From NCBI GenBank assembly GCA_036491015.1, contig DASXCV010000231.1, positions 1 to 61,949 on the forward strand: DNA of 61,949 nucleotides, in the 5' to 3' direction. Position 1 is the first letter of the stretch. Every line of letters begins with the position of its first letter. The position numbers and the translations under genes were made by a program. Shown in pieces: positions 28,065-37,775 of this stretch. This stretch comes from Thermoleophilaceae bacterium. Its GTDB lineage: Bacteria; Actinomycetota; Thermoleophilia; Solirubrobacterales; Thermoleophilaceae. The notes under the pieces were generated by a model, which was not told the origin of the DNA, ran no database searches, and was given only the letters and a program-made list of their open reading frames with translations.

Positions 28065-29474
28065 CTAGAAGCCGACGGGGTGGCGCACCACGAAGCCGGC
28101 GCCAGAGCGCGGTGCGCTCTTCCAGCGGCTGCCGCCGCCACCGCCGGTGTCGAAGCGACGACCGTCGATCGTCATCCAGGCGTGCCCGGCGTTCGCGTAG
28201 ATCGTGATGTGCTGGCCGGGCCCGGATGCGCCGTAGCCCTCGAGCGCGCTCGAGTCCTCGGGCGAGCTCAGCAGGCCGCCGGCATGGAGCACGAAGCTCA
28301 CGGAGCCGGAGCAGTCGTAGCCGGACGCCTGGAAGCTGCCGTGGCCGCCGCCCCACACGTAGGGCAGGTCGGCGATCTGGTTCGCCGCCGCCACCATGCG
28401 CGACATCGCGCTGCTCGTGGCGTCCGAGCTCGAGCCGGAGCCCGACGACGAGCTCGAGTGGTGCTCGCGGAGCGGGGTGGAGGGAGCGTCGATCCCGAGC
28501 GCCTGTGCCGTCGACGGGCCGACGATGCCGTCCGACGTCAGGCCATGAGCGGCCTGGAAGTGCTTCACGGCCTCGGCGGTCTGGGGACCGAAGTTGCCGT
28601 CCGCAGGGATGCCCAGCGCGTGCTGGACGTCGGACACCGAGCCGCTGCCCGAGTGGCTCGACGAGCTGCCGCTCGAGGAATGCGCGCTCGCGTGGTGATG
28701 GTGCTCCTCGCGCAGCGGGCTGGACGGGGCGGACATGCCCATCGCCTGTGCGGTGGCCGGGCCGACGATGCCGTCGGCCGTGAGGCCGTGGGCGGCCTGG
28801 TAGTGCTTCACCGCGGCAGCGGTCTGCGGGCCGAACACGCCGTCGGCCGAGACGCCGACCGCGCTCTGCACCGACGTGACCGTGGCGGCGCCGCCGTGAC
28901 CCGACGCCGAGGCGGTGGTGGCGCTCGCGCCGGAAAGGCCGAGCGAGCCGAGCGTCTGGGGCCCGACGATGCCGTCCACCGACAGCCCGTGGGCGCGCTG
29001 GTAGGAGCGCACGGCATGCTGGGTCTCCGGACCGTAGATGCCGTCCGACGCGATCCCGAGCGCGCGCTGCACTGATGCGACGGTGGAGTTGGGAGCGGTG
29101 GACTGGGTCGCGGCCGCGCTGCTCGAGTTGTCGGCTGTGGCCACGCCGGTGGCGGCGGGGAAGACGGTCGCGGCCCCGAGTGCCATCGCGCCCGCTCGCC
29201 GTACCGGCTTGCGGCTGGCACGCGCCTGCTCGACCATGCGGCGGCGGTGCTGGGAGCGCAGAATCGACTTGTCCCACAGCTCGACCGACGTGAGGTCGCG
29301 CGGCTCAAACCGGGGCGCGAGTCCCATCGCCTGAGCCTCGGGGATGCGGACGGCCCGATCGAGTCGCGAAGTGGCGCGAGCGCGGCTGCCGGGACTGCGG
29401 CGCCCGCGCGAGCGCTTCAGCGATTCGCGCCAAAGGTCGTTGTTCGTCAGATCACGGAAGTCGGTGGGAGACAT
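28065..29474 (-). CDS. cell-wall hydrolase: three peptidoglycan-binding (PG_binding_1) repeats plus a C-terminal NlpC/P60-like domain
   Basis: ATG at 29474 preceded by AAGGA. Three copies of VQ.A.G...DG.FGP.T..AV..(Y/F)Q.AHGL..DGIVGP.T. C-terminal YVWGGGH..GYDCSGSVSFVL with the Cys nucleophile context. Confidence 0.8.
   Translation of the reverse strand: MSPTDFRDLTNNDLWRESLKRSRGRRSPGSRARATSRLDRAVRIPEAQAMGLAPRFEPRDLTSVELWDKSILRSQHRRRMVEQARASRKPVRRAGAMALGAATVFPAATGVATADNSSSAAATQSTAPNSTVASVQRALGIASDGIYGPETQHAVRSYQRAHGLSVDGIVGPQTLGSLGLSGASATTASASGHGGAATVTSVQSAVGVSADGVFGPQTAAAVKHYQAAHGLTADGIVGPATAQAMGMSAPSSPLREEHHHHASAHSSSGSSSSHSGSGSVSDVQHALGIPADGNFGPQTAEAVKHFQAAHGLTSDGIVGPSTAQALGIDAPSTPLREHHSSSSSGSGSSSDATSSAMSRMVAAANQIADLPYVWGGGHGSFQASGYDCSGSVSFVLHAGGLLSSPEDSSALEGYGASGPGQHITIYANAGHAWMTIDGRRFDTGGGGGSRWKSAPRSGAGFVVRHPVGF
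28491..29084 (-). repeat. three tandem coding repeats of about 50 aa (PG-binding modules) separated by His/Ser-rich linkers
   Basis: Seen in translation. Linkers are PLREEHHHHASAHSSSGSSSSHSGSGS and PLREHHSSSSSGSGSSS. Confidence 0.8.
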
Positions 29475-29489
29475 ACTCAATCCTTGTGT

Positions 29490-29650
29490 TCCGGGCGCCT
29501 ACGAGGTGAGCTGACGGGCTCGCGCTAGAACACTCGCGCTACGCCACACACACGTGGCGATTCGCCCCCGCGGCCATCCAGACCGCATTGGTTCCCCCGT
29601 TCGCCACAACACGGGGCTGTGACGACTCGGCGACGTTTGTCGTGCGCCAT
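29490..29650 (-). promoter_or_regulatory. ydaO/yuaA-class cyclic-di-AMP riboswitch in the 5' leader of the hydrolase gene
   Basis: The minus strand reads ...CGCCGAGUCGUCACAGCCCCGUGUUGUGGCGAACGGGGGAACCAAUGCGG...GCGGGGGCGAAUCGCC...GCCCGUCAGCUCACCUCGUAGGCGCC. This matches the conserved blocks GGGGGACCCA, GGGGUGAAUC and CCCGUCAGCUAACCUCGUAAGCG of the B. subtilis ydaO element. 5' CGCC can pair with 3' GGCG (P1). Confidence 0.8.
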
Positions 29651-29732
29651 TCAAGCACAATTTGCAGGAACTTTTGCGGGTAGAGGGATAACGGGGGTAA
29701 CCCCGACGAGATAACGCGTGTCCCCTGGGCGG

Positions 29733-30356
29733 TTAGGACGGACTCTCGTTACGCGCGAAAAACGAGCCCTCGAAAACGTAGAACAGCGCCAGTGCGCCGA
29801 AGACGGAGAGGCTCAGCGCGGGGCTCGCGAAGGCGAGCAGCGTAGCGCCGAAATAGATCGGGATGCCGGGGCGGAAGCTGCTCGTGATGCTGGCCACGAC
29901 CTTGGGGTCGGCGTCCGGCTTGAGCAGCCGGCGCTCGTGGATCGCATAGAACCACATCACGTTGTACGCGACCGCCATCATCGTGCACGTGACGCCGTAG
30001 GCGAGCACCGCGTCGCGGGCGTCGGTCCCGCCGTGGCGGATGTTCTCGGCCACGAGCTGGGTGGGGAAGGGGATGAACGCCACCACCATCAGGAAGAACA
30101 GGTTGATGAACAGGAAGCGGCGATCCACCTGCCCGAGCTGCCCTATCACCGCGTGGTGGTTCACCCAGATGATCCCGATCACGGTGAAGCTGAGCGCGTA
30201 GGCCAAGTAGCTCGGCCAGATGTGCACGAGCGCCTTGCCGAGCGGGCTGCCCGAGGCGTGCACGTCGAGGATGAGAAGCGTGGCCGCGATCGCGATGACG
30301 CCGTCGCTGAACGTCTCGAGCCGGGTCGTGGGCATCATCGCCGCAACGGTAGCCAC
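29733..30356 (-). CDS. TMEM175/DUF1211-family potassium channel
   Basis: 207 aa. Signature RLETFSDGVIAIAATLLILD in TM1 and a second-repeat region (RLLKPD...). Six TM segments. Confidence 0.85.
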   Translation of the reverse strand: MATVAAMMPTTRLETFSDGVIAIAATLLILDVHASGSPLGKALVHIWPSYLAYALSFTVIGIIWVNHHAVIGQLGQVDRRFLFINLFFLMVVAFIPFPTQLVAENIRHGGTDARDAVLAYGVTCTMMAVAYNVMWFYAIHERRLLKPDADPKVVASITSSFRPGIPIYFGATLLAFASPALSLSVFGALALFYVFEGSFFARNESPS

Positions 30357-30403
30357 CGCTTCGGAGCCCTTTTTGCCGACGTGGTCGATCTAAACCATGA
30401 CTA

Positions 30404-31444
30404 TCAACGATTAGATCGACCACGTCGCGCCGCGGCCGCCTCGAGGGCGGCCTGGGCGCCGACGCTGAGCTCGCGGACGATCTCCGCCGCCGGCGCCTCG
30501 CGCGCGAGATTGTGAGCCTGGCCGGCCCAGAGGTTGAAGCCGTGGGGGTCGCCGCGCTCGCGCGCTTCGGCGCGCATGGGGGAGGTGGCGTGATTGATGT
30601 GCGGGTATGCGCGCGGGGCGTCCGGGTGGTCGCGCATGAACTTGTTCTCGATCCCGCGTGCGAGGCGTCCGCTGAACGCGCGCGTGAGCCCGGTGGGCGC
30701 CTCGCGGGCCAGGGCGGAGCGCTGCGCCGGGTTGGTGGCGGCCTCGGGCGTGAGCATGAAGGCGCTGCCGAGTGCCGCGGCGGCCGCGCCTGCGGCCAGG
30801 ACCGCCGCCACCGCCGGCGCGTCGGCGATCCCGCCGGTGGCCACGAGCGGCAGCGCGACATCGGACGAGGCCACGAGCCGCAGCAGCGCGAGCACGCTTA
30901 GGCCCTCGCCGCCGTCGGCCGGATCGTCGAACGTGCCGCGGTGCCCGCCCGCCTCCACGCCTTGGAGGACCAGCGCGTCCGCGCCGGCGTCACGGGCCAC
31001 CCGCGCCTCGGCCACAGAGGTGACCGTGATCCACACCTCATTGCCAACGGATTGCAGCGACGCCACGACGGCCGCCGAAGGGCAGCCGAAGGTGAACGAC
31101 ACCACAGCCACCGGCGACGCCCGCAGCAGCTCGAGCTTCCCTTCCCAGCCGTCGTCATCGAAGCGCGGCTCGCCGGCGCCGGGACCGAGCGAACCCACAT
31201 ACGCGCGCACTGCATCCGAGTCCACCTCCTCCAGGCCCGGCACGAACAGATTCACCCCGAACGGCGCCTCGGTGGCGGCGCGCACCGCCGCGATGTCGTG
31301 GCCGAGCGCCTCGGGCGTGCGATAGCCGGCCGCCACGAAGCCGAGGCCGCCGGCGCCGCTCACCGCCGCCGCCAGCTCCGGCGTGGAGGGCCCGCCCGCC
31401 ATGGGCGCCTGGATGATCGGGTGCTCTAGCTGGTCGAGGATCAC
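30404..31444 (-). CDS. nitronate monooxygenase (FMN-dependent NMO / 2-nitropropane dioxygenase family)
   Basis: [49 protein letters not shown]. Confidence 0.85.
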   Translation of the reverse strand: MILDQLEHPIIQAPMAGGPSTPELAAAVSGAGGLGFVAAGYRTPEALGHDIAAVRAATEAPFGVNLFVPGLEEVDSDAVRAYVGSLGPGAGEPRFDDDGWEGKLELLRASPVAVVSFTFGCPSAAVVASLQSVGNEVWITVTSVAEARVARDAGADALVLQGVEAGGHRGTFDDPADGGEGLSVLALLRLVASSDVALPLVATGGIADAPAVAAVLAAGAAAAALGSAFMLTPEAATNPAQRSALAREAPTGLTRAFSGRLARGIENKFMRDHPDAPRAYPHINHATSPMRAEARERGDPHGFNLWAGQAHNLAREAPAAEIVRELSVGAQAALEAAAARRGRSNR

Positions 31445-31532
31445 GTGGCCGGAAGGCCACTGAGGTTAACCCCCGGTCGATCCACCGGGCGCCCGGATGT
31501 GCGATCCGGCGCGAGGATGCGATGTTTTCCCC

Positions 31533-33170
31533 ATGAAGTCACTGCTGTTCGGAAAGCGCGCCTGGGAGGAGCTGCTGTTCCTGCTCTGCGGGGTGCCGCT
31601 GGGGCTCCTCTGGTTCGTGGTGCTCGTGACCGGCTGGTCTGTGACGCTGGCGCTCGCGATCACGCCGCTCGTGATCCTCAACATGCTGATCATGGCGAGC
31701 CTGATCCGCGGCGCTGCCTGGGTCGAAGCCTCGCTGGCGCGGGGCCTGTTGCACGTGGAGGTCTATCCGCCCCATGCGCCGCTTCTCAAGCAGAGCTTCT
31801 GGCGCAAGACGTTCGGCTGGCTCGCCGACCCCGCGATGTGGCGCGCGCAGGGCTTCCTCGTCTATCGCGCGTTCGGCGGCTTCGCCTTCGGGCTCCTGGT
31901 GGGCATCCTGCTCGCCCTCTCGATCGGCGGCGTCACGGCGCCGCTCTGGTACTGGCCGCTCCACGGCGGCATCGACCTGAACGTCTACCGGGCGGATACC
32001 CTGCCGAAGGCCCTTCTCCTGGTCCCGGCAGGGGCCGTCGGATTCGTCATCACCATGCTGATCTCCCGACTGCTGACCCAGCTGAATCGCGAAGTGGCGC
32101 GCGTGTCGTTCGAGCGCTCGCCGGACGCATACGAACGGCAGCCACGCCACGGCCGTGTGGCCGAGCACCAGCGGCACTTCCAGATCCGCGCCTTCGCCTT
32201 CTGCTTCAGCGAGCTCGTCCTGATCATCATCTGGGCGCTCACCGGTCACGGCTACTTCTGGCCGATGTGGCCGCTGCTGGCGTTCTTCCTGATCATCGGC
32301 GGCAACTGGGTGGTGCTGTTCGTGGACGAGAACCGCGAGCTGTTCCGGCGGCCGGGCATGAGCTGGCAGCTCGCCGACCAGATCGGCCTGTCCGGCGTGT
32401 TCTGCCTTTTCCAGACCGGCGTCTGGGCGGCGTCGGGCGGCGGGAGCTTCTGGCCCGTCTGGACGATCCTCGCGCTCGGCGTCGCCGCGGCCGCGCGCTC
32501 CGCGTTCGTGTTCTTCTCCCCGCCCGGCCAGGAGGAGCTGACCCAGCGAATCGACGTGCTCACCACCACGCGCGCCGGCGCCGTGGACCAGCAGGAGGCC
32601 GAGCTGCGACGCATCGAGCGCGACCTGCACGACGGCGCGCAGGCGCGGCTCGTGGCCCTCGGGATGAGCATCGGGATGGCCGAGCAGAAGATGAAGGACG
32701 ACCCCGACGGCGCGCGCGAGCTGCTCGAGGAGGCGCGTGCCGGCGCCGGTCAGGCGCTCAAGGAGCTGCGCGATCTCGCCCGCGGTATCCACCCGCCGGT
32801 GCTGGCCGACCGCGGCCTCGAGGCCGCCGTGACGGCGCTGGCCGACGCCAGCCCGCTGCGCGTGACCGTGCACGCCGGCATCGGCTCGCGCCCCGCCGCC
32901 CCGGTGGAGAGCGCGGCCTACTTCGTGGTGGCCGAGACGCTCGCGAACGCGGGCAAGCACTCGCGGGCGCGGCGCGTGGACATCCGCATGGCGCGCGACG
33001 AGGACATGCTCACCGTCGAGGTGGCAGACGACGGCGTGGGCGGCGCGGATCCGAACGGCGGCGGGCTGAGCGGCCTGCGCCGGCGGATCGAGGCGCTCGA
33101 CGGCACGCTGCGCGTCGCCAGCCCGCCCGGCGGCCCGACGCTGATCAGGGCGGAGATGCCATGCGGGTAG
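31533..33170 (+). CDS. sensor histidine kinase (multi-TM putative-sensor and 2TM N-terminus, HisKA_3, HATPase_c)
   Basis: ATG at 31533. H-box [16 protein letters not shown]-box [19 protein letters not shown]. Confidence 0.85.
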   Translation: MKSLLFGKRAWEELLFLLCGVPLGLLWFVVLVTGWSVTLALAITPLVILNMLIMASLIRGAAWVEASLARGLLHVEVYPPHAPLLKQSFWRKTFGWLADPAMWRAQGFLVYRAFGGFAFGLLVGILLALSIGGVTAPLWYWPLHGGIDLNVYRADTLPKALLLVPAGAVGFVITMLISRLLTQLNREVARVSFERSPDAYERQPRHGRVAEHQRHFQIRAFAFCFSELVLIIIWALTGHGYFWPMWPLLAFFLIIGGNWVVLFVDENRELFRRPGMSWQLADQIGLSGVFCLFQTGVWAASGGGSFWPVWTILALGVAAAARSAFVFFSPPGQEELTQRIDVLTTTRAGAVDQQEAELRRIERDLHDGAQARLVALGMSIGMAEQKMKDDPDGARELLEEARAGAGQALKELRDLARGIHPPVLADRGLEAAVTALADASPLRVTVHAGIGSRPAAPVESAAYFVVAETLANAGKHSRARRVDIRMARDEDMLTVEVADDGVGGADPNGGGLSGLRRRIEALDGTLRVASPPGGPTLIRAEMPCG

Positions 33171-33817
33171 TGATCGCCGAGGACCTCGCGCTGCTGCGCG
33201 ACGGCCTGGAGCGCCTGCTGCGCGACAACGGCTTCGAGGTGGTCGCGTCGGTGCGCGACGGCGACGCTCTGCTTCGCGAGATCGCGGCCCACAAGCCGGA
33301 CATCGCGGTGGTGGACATCCGGCTGCCGCCCGACTTCCGCGACGAGGGGCTGCGCGCCGCGATCGAGGCGCGCAAGCAGTCGCCCGAGACGGCGATCCTC
33401 GTGGTCTCGCAGTATGTGGAGCAGGCGTACGCCAGGGAGCTGCTGGCGGACGGGCGCGGCGGCGTGGGCTATCTGCTGAAGGACCGCATCCTGCACGTCG
33501 TCGAATTCGTCGAAGCGGTGCGTCGCGTGGCCGACGGGGGAACCGCGCTCGACCCGGAGGTGGTGTCGCACTTGTTCTCGAGCCAGACAGCGGGAGGACC
33601 GCTCGAACGGCTCACGCCACGCGAGCAGGAGGTGCTTGCGCTGATGGCGGAGGGTCGCTCGAACAACGGCATCGCCGAGCAGCTCGTGCTCACGGTCGGC
33701 GCAGTGGAGAAGCACATCGCGAGCATCTTCTCCAAGCTCGATCTGCCGCACACGGGCACCGACCACCGCCGCGTGCTGGCGGTGCTGGCGTATTTGCAGG
33801 GTCAGGCGCCGAGCTGA
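33161..33817 (+). CDS. NarL/LuxR-family response regulator
   Basis: [28 protein letters not shown]-terminal [25 protein letters not shown]. 10-nt overlap with the kinase gene. Confidence 0.9.
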   Translation: MRVVIAEDLALLRDGLERLLRDNGFEVVASVRDGDALLREIAAHKPDIAVVDIRLPPDFRDEGLRAAIEARKQSPETAILVVSQYVEQAYARELLADGRGGVGYLLKDRILHVVEFVEAVRRVADGGTALDPEVVSHLFSSQTAGGPLERLTPREQEVLALMAEGRSNNGIAEQLVLTVGAVEKHIASIFSKLDLPHTGTDHRRVLAVLAYLQGQAPS

Positions 33818-34440
33818 TTGCGGAGGTCGGCTAGCTCCGCTTGGAGCTGGGCTACGTCACGTTCCAGTCGCTCGATGCGAGCGTCGGTCGAGCTGACTGG
33901 TGATTGGTGACTGGTGACTGGCGCCTCTGGCTCGGGCGGTTCCGCGCTGCTGTCGTCATCGTCAAGAAGGAGCTTGAAGCGCTGCTCCTTCTGGCCTGGC
34001 CGGCGGTCCAGGCGGATCGTGTAATCGCGCTCGCTGAGGGTCCGCAGGACGGCTTCGAGGGAGTCCTGGTCGGGAAAGCGGTGGAGGCGCTCGGTGCGCT
34101 GGCGCAGCTCGCCGGGCGTCTGCGGGCCGCGCAGCATCAGCACCGCCAGCACCGCGAGCTCCGGCACGCTGAGCGAAAGGGTGTCGTCGAGCAGGTGGCG
34201 GTACTTGGTCGCGCGCGTGGTGTGGCCGCTCGCGAGGCGCACGTAGCGGCGCCGCGCGAGGCGCTCGAGCGCGACGCGGATCGTGTGCTCGTCGTAGTCC
34301 ACCACCGGGTCGCGGTTGGTCGACTGGTTGCAGGCGAGGCGCAGCGCGTTGAGCGTCAGCGGATAGGTGTCCGGCGTGGTGCGCTGCTTCTCGATCAGGC
34401 AGCCGAGCACGCGGATCTCCACCGGGTTCAGATCGAGCAC
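33802..34440 (-). CDS. YceH-family protein (DUF480/UPF0502)
   Basis: [30 protein letters not shown]...[10 protein letters not shown] is the characteristic N-terminus. Coiled-coil C-terminus. Confidence 0.85.
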   Translation of the reverse strand: MLDLNPVEIRVLGCLIEKQRTTPDTYPLTLNALRLACNQSTNRDPVVDYDEHTIRVALERLARRRYVRLASGHTTRATKYRHLLDDTLSLSVPELAVLAVLMLRGPQTPGELRQRTERLHRFPDQDSLEAVLRTLSERDYTIRLDRRPGQKEQRFKLLLDDDDSSAEPPEPEAPVTSHQSPVSSTDARIERLERDVAQLQAELADLRNQLGA

Positions 34441-34450
34441 GCCCGGAAGC

Positions 34451-35113
34451 CTACGAATCGGCGTCGAGAAGGTGCCGCTCGGCCGCCCAGCGCGACAGCT
34501 CGTGCCTGCTCGAGAGCTGCAACTTGCGCAGTACCGCGGACACGTGGGCCTCGACCGTCTTCGCGGAGATGTCGAGGCGATGCGCGATCTCCTTGTACAT
34601 GTAGCCGCGCGCGATGTGCTGGAGCACCTCGCGCTCGCGCGGGGTGAGCTGGTCGAGGGCGGCGTCGGCGCCCGCGGCGGGCGGCGCGGGCGGCGCGCCC
34701 GCGAACGCGTCGAGCACGAAGCCCGCGAGCCTGGGGGAGAAGACGGCGTCGCCGCCGTGCACGCGACGGATCGCGTCGGCCAGCTCCTCGCCGGAGATCG
34801 TCTTCGTCACATACCCGCGCGCGCCCGCGCGGATCACGGCGATCACGTCCTCGGCGTCGTCGGACACCGACAGCGCGAGGAAGCGCGTGTCCGGCCGCTC
34901 GGGCGCGACGCGGCGGATCACCTCCACGCCGCCGCCGTCCGGCATGTGCACGTCGAGCAGCACGACGTCGGGCGAGCTGTCGAGGATCAGGCGCTCGGCG
35001 GCGTCCACGCCGTCGGCGTCCCCGAGGATCTCCACGAGCCCCTCGAGCTCCGCGCGCACGCCCGAGCGGAAGAGCTGGTGGTCGTCCACGATGACGATCC
35101 GCGGCTCGCTCAA
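34451..35113 (-). CDS. NarL/LuxR-family response regulator (partner of the PspC-domain kinase)
   Basis: The TTG start at 35113 overlaps the kinase TGA (TTGA). IVIVDDHQLFRSG, VLLDVHMPDG, LTPREREVLQHIARGYMYKEIA. Confidence 0.9.
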   Translation of the reverse strand: MSEPRIVIVDDHQLFRSGVRAELEGLVEILGDADGVDAAERLILDSSPDVVLLDVHMPDGGGVEVIRRVAPERPDTRFLALSVSDDAEDVIAVIRAGARGYVTKTISGEELADAIRRVHGGDAVFSPRLAGFVLDAFAGAPPAPPAAGADAALDQLTPREREVLQHIARGYMYKEIAHRLDISAKTVEAHVSAVLRKLQLSSRHELSRWAAERHLLDADS

Positions 35114-36369
35114 TTGTCCTCCGTCTCCACGAGCAGCTCCACCTCGGTGCCGCCGCCCGCCGGCGTGCGGATCGCCGCGCGGCCGCCGTGGCGCTCCATG
35201 CGCCCGACGATCGACTCGCGCACGCCGCGGCGGTCGTCCGGGATGGCGTCGGGGTCGAAGCCCGGCCCGCGGTCGCGCACGAAGATCTGAACGCGCCCGG
35301 CGCCGGCCTCGGCATACACGTCCACCGGCGAGCCGCCACCGAACTTGGAGGCGTTCAGCATCGCCTCGCGCGCCGCCGCCACGGCCGCCTCGCCAGCCTC
35401 GCCGAGCGGTGCGTCGCCCACGGCCACCACGTCGATCGGCACGCCGTGTTCGCGCTCGATCTCGTCGGCCGCCGTCTCGAGCGCGATGGCGAGCTGCCGC
35501 CCGTCGCTCGTGGCCTCGCCGCGGCCCGACAGCCAGGTGCGCAGCTCGCGCTCCTGCCGCCGGGCGAGCGCGGCCACCTCGCGCGGGTCGTCCGCGCGCT
35601 TCTGCATCAGGGCGAGCGTCTGCAACACGGAGTCGTGCAGATGCGCCGCCAGCTCGGCGCGCTCCTGAGAGCGGATGCGCTCGGCGCGCTCGGTCGACAG
35701 CGAGCGGATCAGCCTGGCGATCAGCGGGGCGAAGATCACCGACAGCCCGACCGCGACCACGAGCATCGCCAGGACCACGTCGCGGGCGGCGCTGAGCGAG
35801 CCGGTGGCCTTGAGGAAGACGATGCCGGCCGCTATGACGAGGGCGATGCCGAGGCCGGTTCTCGAGATGCGGGAGCCTTCGGCCCGCGTGCGCGGGGTGT
35901 CGGGTGCTGGGTGTCGGGTGTCCTGCGCCGGGTGTCGGGTGTCTGGCTCGTCCGTGAGGGACTGGCGCCACAGAAGGGCGGCTCCGGCGGCCACGAGGAC
36001 GAGGGGCCAGACGATGGCGTCGGAGAACCAGATGCCGGTGGCGCGCAGACCGAGCAGGACTGCGAGCAGGAGGAGCCCGGCGCCGGCGCCCACCTCCACC
36101 GACGCGCGCCGGCCCGACCAGGGGAGCCGCCGCGGCGCCACGCCCGCCTCGGCGGGCATGAACGCCCACGCCAGGAGGTAGACCACGGCCCCGAAGCCGC
36201 CCGCCGCCGTGGCCGCGACGAAGACGATCCGCAGCCACAGCGGGTCGATGCCGAAGTAGCGCCCGATGCCGGCGCAAACGCCGGCGATCAGGCGCCGCTC
36301 GGGGTCACGCGTGATCGCGTGGGGACGGCCAGGGCTCGGGCTCGAGGCCGCGGACTCCATCACGGCCAT
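35110..36369 (-). CDS. PspC-domain-containing sensor histidine kinase (LiaS-like)
   Basis: N-terminal PspC motif RRLIAGVCAGIGRYFGIDPLWLRIVFV, several TM segments, H-region LAAHLHDSVLQTL, ATPase domain (REAMLNASKF, DRGPGFD). Confidence 0.85.
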   Translation of the reverse strand: MAVMESAASSPSPGRPHAITRDPERRLIAGVCAGIGRYFGIDPLWLRIVFVAATAAGGFGAVVYLLAWAFMPAEAGVAPRRLPWSGRRASVEVGAGAGLLLLAVLLGLRATGIWFSDAIVWPLVLVAAGAALLWRQSLTDEPDTRHPAQDTRHPAPDTPRTRAEGSRISRTGLGIALVIAAGIVFLKATGSLSAARDVVLAMLVVAVGLSVIFAPLIARLIRSLSTERAERIRSQERAELAAHLHDSVLQTLALMQKRADDPREVAALARRQERELRTWLSGRGEATSDGRQLAIALETAADEIEREHGVPIDVVAVGDAPLGEAGEAAVAAAREAMLNASKFGGGSPVDVYAEAGAGRVQIFVRDRGPGFDPDAIPDDRRGVRESIVGRMERHGGRAAIRTPAGGGTEVELLVETEDN

Positions 36370-36378
36370 CTTGGCCGA

Positions 36379-36558
36379 TCAGCCGCTTCGCGTCAGGCCG
36401 CTGGCCAGCAGTGTGGCCCCGGCCACGCCGCAGGCGACGGGGGCGAGCGCGCCGAAGCCGAGCGTGATCACGTTCTGCGCGTCCAGCAGCACGAGCACGC
36501 CGATCAGGATCACGCCCAGACCGGCCACGAGCGGGGCGATCTGCAACCTAGCCCCCAT
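36379..36558 (-). CDS. small two-TM membrane protein
   Basis: 59 aa: MGARLQIAPLVAGLGVILIGVLVLLDAQNVITLGFGALAPVACGVAGATLLASGL. It overlaps the upstream gene by 11 nt and sits between the two PspC-domain genes. Confidence 0.5.
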   Translation of the reverse strand: MGARLQIAPLVAGLGVILIGVLVLLDAQNVITLGFGALAPVACGVAGATLLASGLTRSG

Positions 36559-37690
36559 TGGGCACCTCGCAGCCGCTGTTCTGCTGGCCTGAGAAGTCGA
36601 ACTCGCCGCGCCCGCGGCCGAAATCGCTCTTGAAGTAGGGGCCGTCGTCCTGGTGGCCGATCGCGAGCCTGCCCATGCCGACGTTCGCGTCCAGCACGAT
36701 GCGGGCGTTGCCCGGGGCCGCGGCCGGCTCGTCGGACCAGGCCACGTCCACGCCGCCACTGCCGCGGCTGAACGAGTCCACCTGGCCCACGCCGACCTTC
36801 GACCTGGTGGCCACGCAGACGTCGTTGGGCACGAGCAGCACGGCCTCACCGACGCCGAGGCGGATGTTCAGCGGGCGGTCGCCGGGCGGGAGCTTCGTGT
36901 CGCGCAGGTCGACGATCAGGCGCCCCGCACCGAGGCGGTAGGTGTCACGCACCTGTGCGGCCGAGGTGGGGATGTACTGCTTGTCGCCCGCGCCGCCGTG
37001 CAGGTCGATGTTGGCTGCGGAGACGACGGCCACCGGCAGCGCGAGGGAGAGAGCGGGGAGGATGAGCCAGCGCCCGTAGCCCTCGAGTGCCGCGCCTGCG
37101 AGGATCGCGCCCGCGGCGATCACGGTGATGGCGGCAACGGTGCCACCGCCCGCTCCCGCGAGCCAGGCGCCGCCGATCGCGAGCGCGAAGCAGATGATCA
37201 GCATGCCGAGCCCGCGCCCGACTGCACGCGCAAGGTTGCGGGCGTCGCCATGGGGGCGCTCGCCCGATGCGAGCCACCAGACCGCCAGGGCCGCGAGCGC
37301 GATGAACAGGAAGGGGCCGAACACCCAGCCCACGTGGAACACGCCGTGCGAGAAGATCGACCCGGCGGCCACGACGAGCAGCACCACGCCGATCACCGCC
37401 AGGGCGCGGTCGCGCCGGCGGCGGGCCTCGGGCCGCTCCTCGCCCTCGTTGGGGATGAGCAGCACGGCGGCGATGTAGAGCAGCACGCCCGCGCCGCCGA
37501 AGAAGATCAGCGCCACGGCCGCGACGCGGAACAGCACCGGGTCGACCTTGAAGTAGCGCCCGAGGCCGCTGCACACGCCCGCGATCACGCGGTCGTCACG
37601 CGGGCGGGTCATGCGCCGTTCCTCGGGCTCTCGGCCGGGCTCCTGCGGCGGTGTCGGTTCTTCGCTGCGGGTGGTGTCGTCGTCGCTCAT
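36548..37690 (-). CDS. PspC-domain membrane protein with a C-terminal LiaF/Toastrack-like (DUF2154) domain
   Basis: ATG at 37690 with GGAG 6 nt upstream. PspC motif RVIAGVCSGLGRYFKVDPVLFRV, multiple TM segments. The beta-rich C-terminus has repeated G.G...V motifs (LGVGEAVLLVP, VGVGQV, NVGMGRLAIG). Confidence 0.8.
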   Translation of the reverse strand: MSDDDTTRSEEPTPPQEPGREPEERRMTRPRDDRVIAGVCSGLGRYFKVDPVLFRVAAVALIFFGGAGVLLYIAAVLLIPNEGEERPEARRRRDRALAVIGVVLLVVAAGSIFSHGVFHVGWVFGPFLFIALAALAVWWLASGERPHGDARNLARAVGRGLGMLIICFALAIGGAWLAGAGGGTVAAITVIAAGAILAGAALEGYGRWLILPALSLALPVAVVSAANIDLHGGAGDKQYIPTSAAQVRDTYRLGAGRLIVDLRDTKLPPGDRPLNIRLGVGEAVLLVPNDVCVATRSKVGVGQVDSFSRGSGGVDVAWSDEPAAAPGNARIVLDANVGMGRLAIGHQDDGPYFKSDFGRGRGEFDFSGQQNSGCEVPNGG

Positions 37691-37775
37691 CGCTTGCTCC
37701 GTTCGAGTCAGTGTGGGGGCATGCACAGACTCGGCGCTCGGCCGCGTTCCGACAATTGGGAATGTCCCCTAGGGG

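Noticed and set aside
37766-37775. Perfect 10-bp palindrome CCCCTAGGGG abutting the stop of the 37776..38252 gene
   Set aside because: With a 2-nt centre it cannot form a stable loop and no U-tract follows. It is too short to call a terminator or operator.
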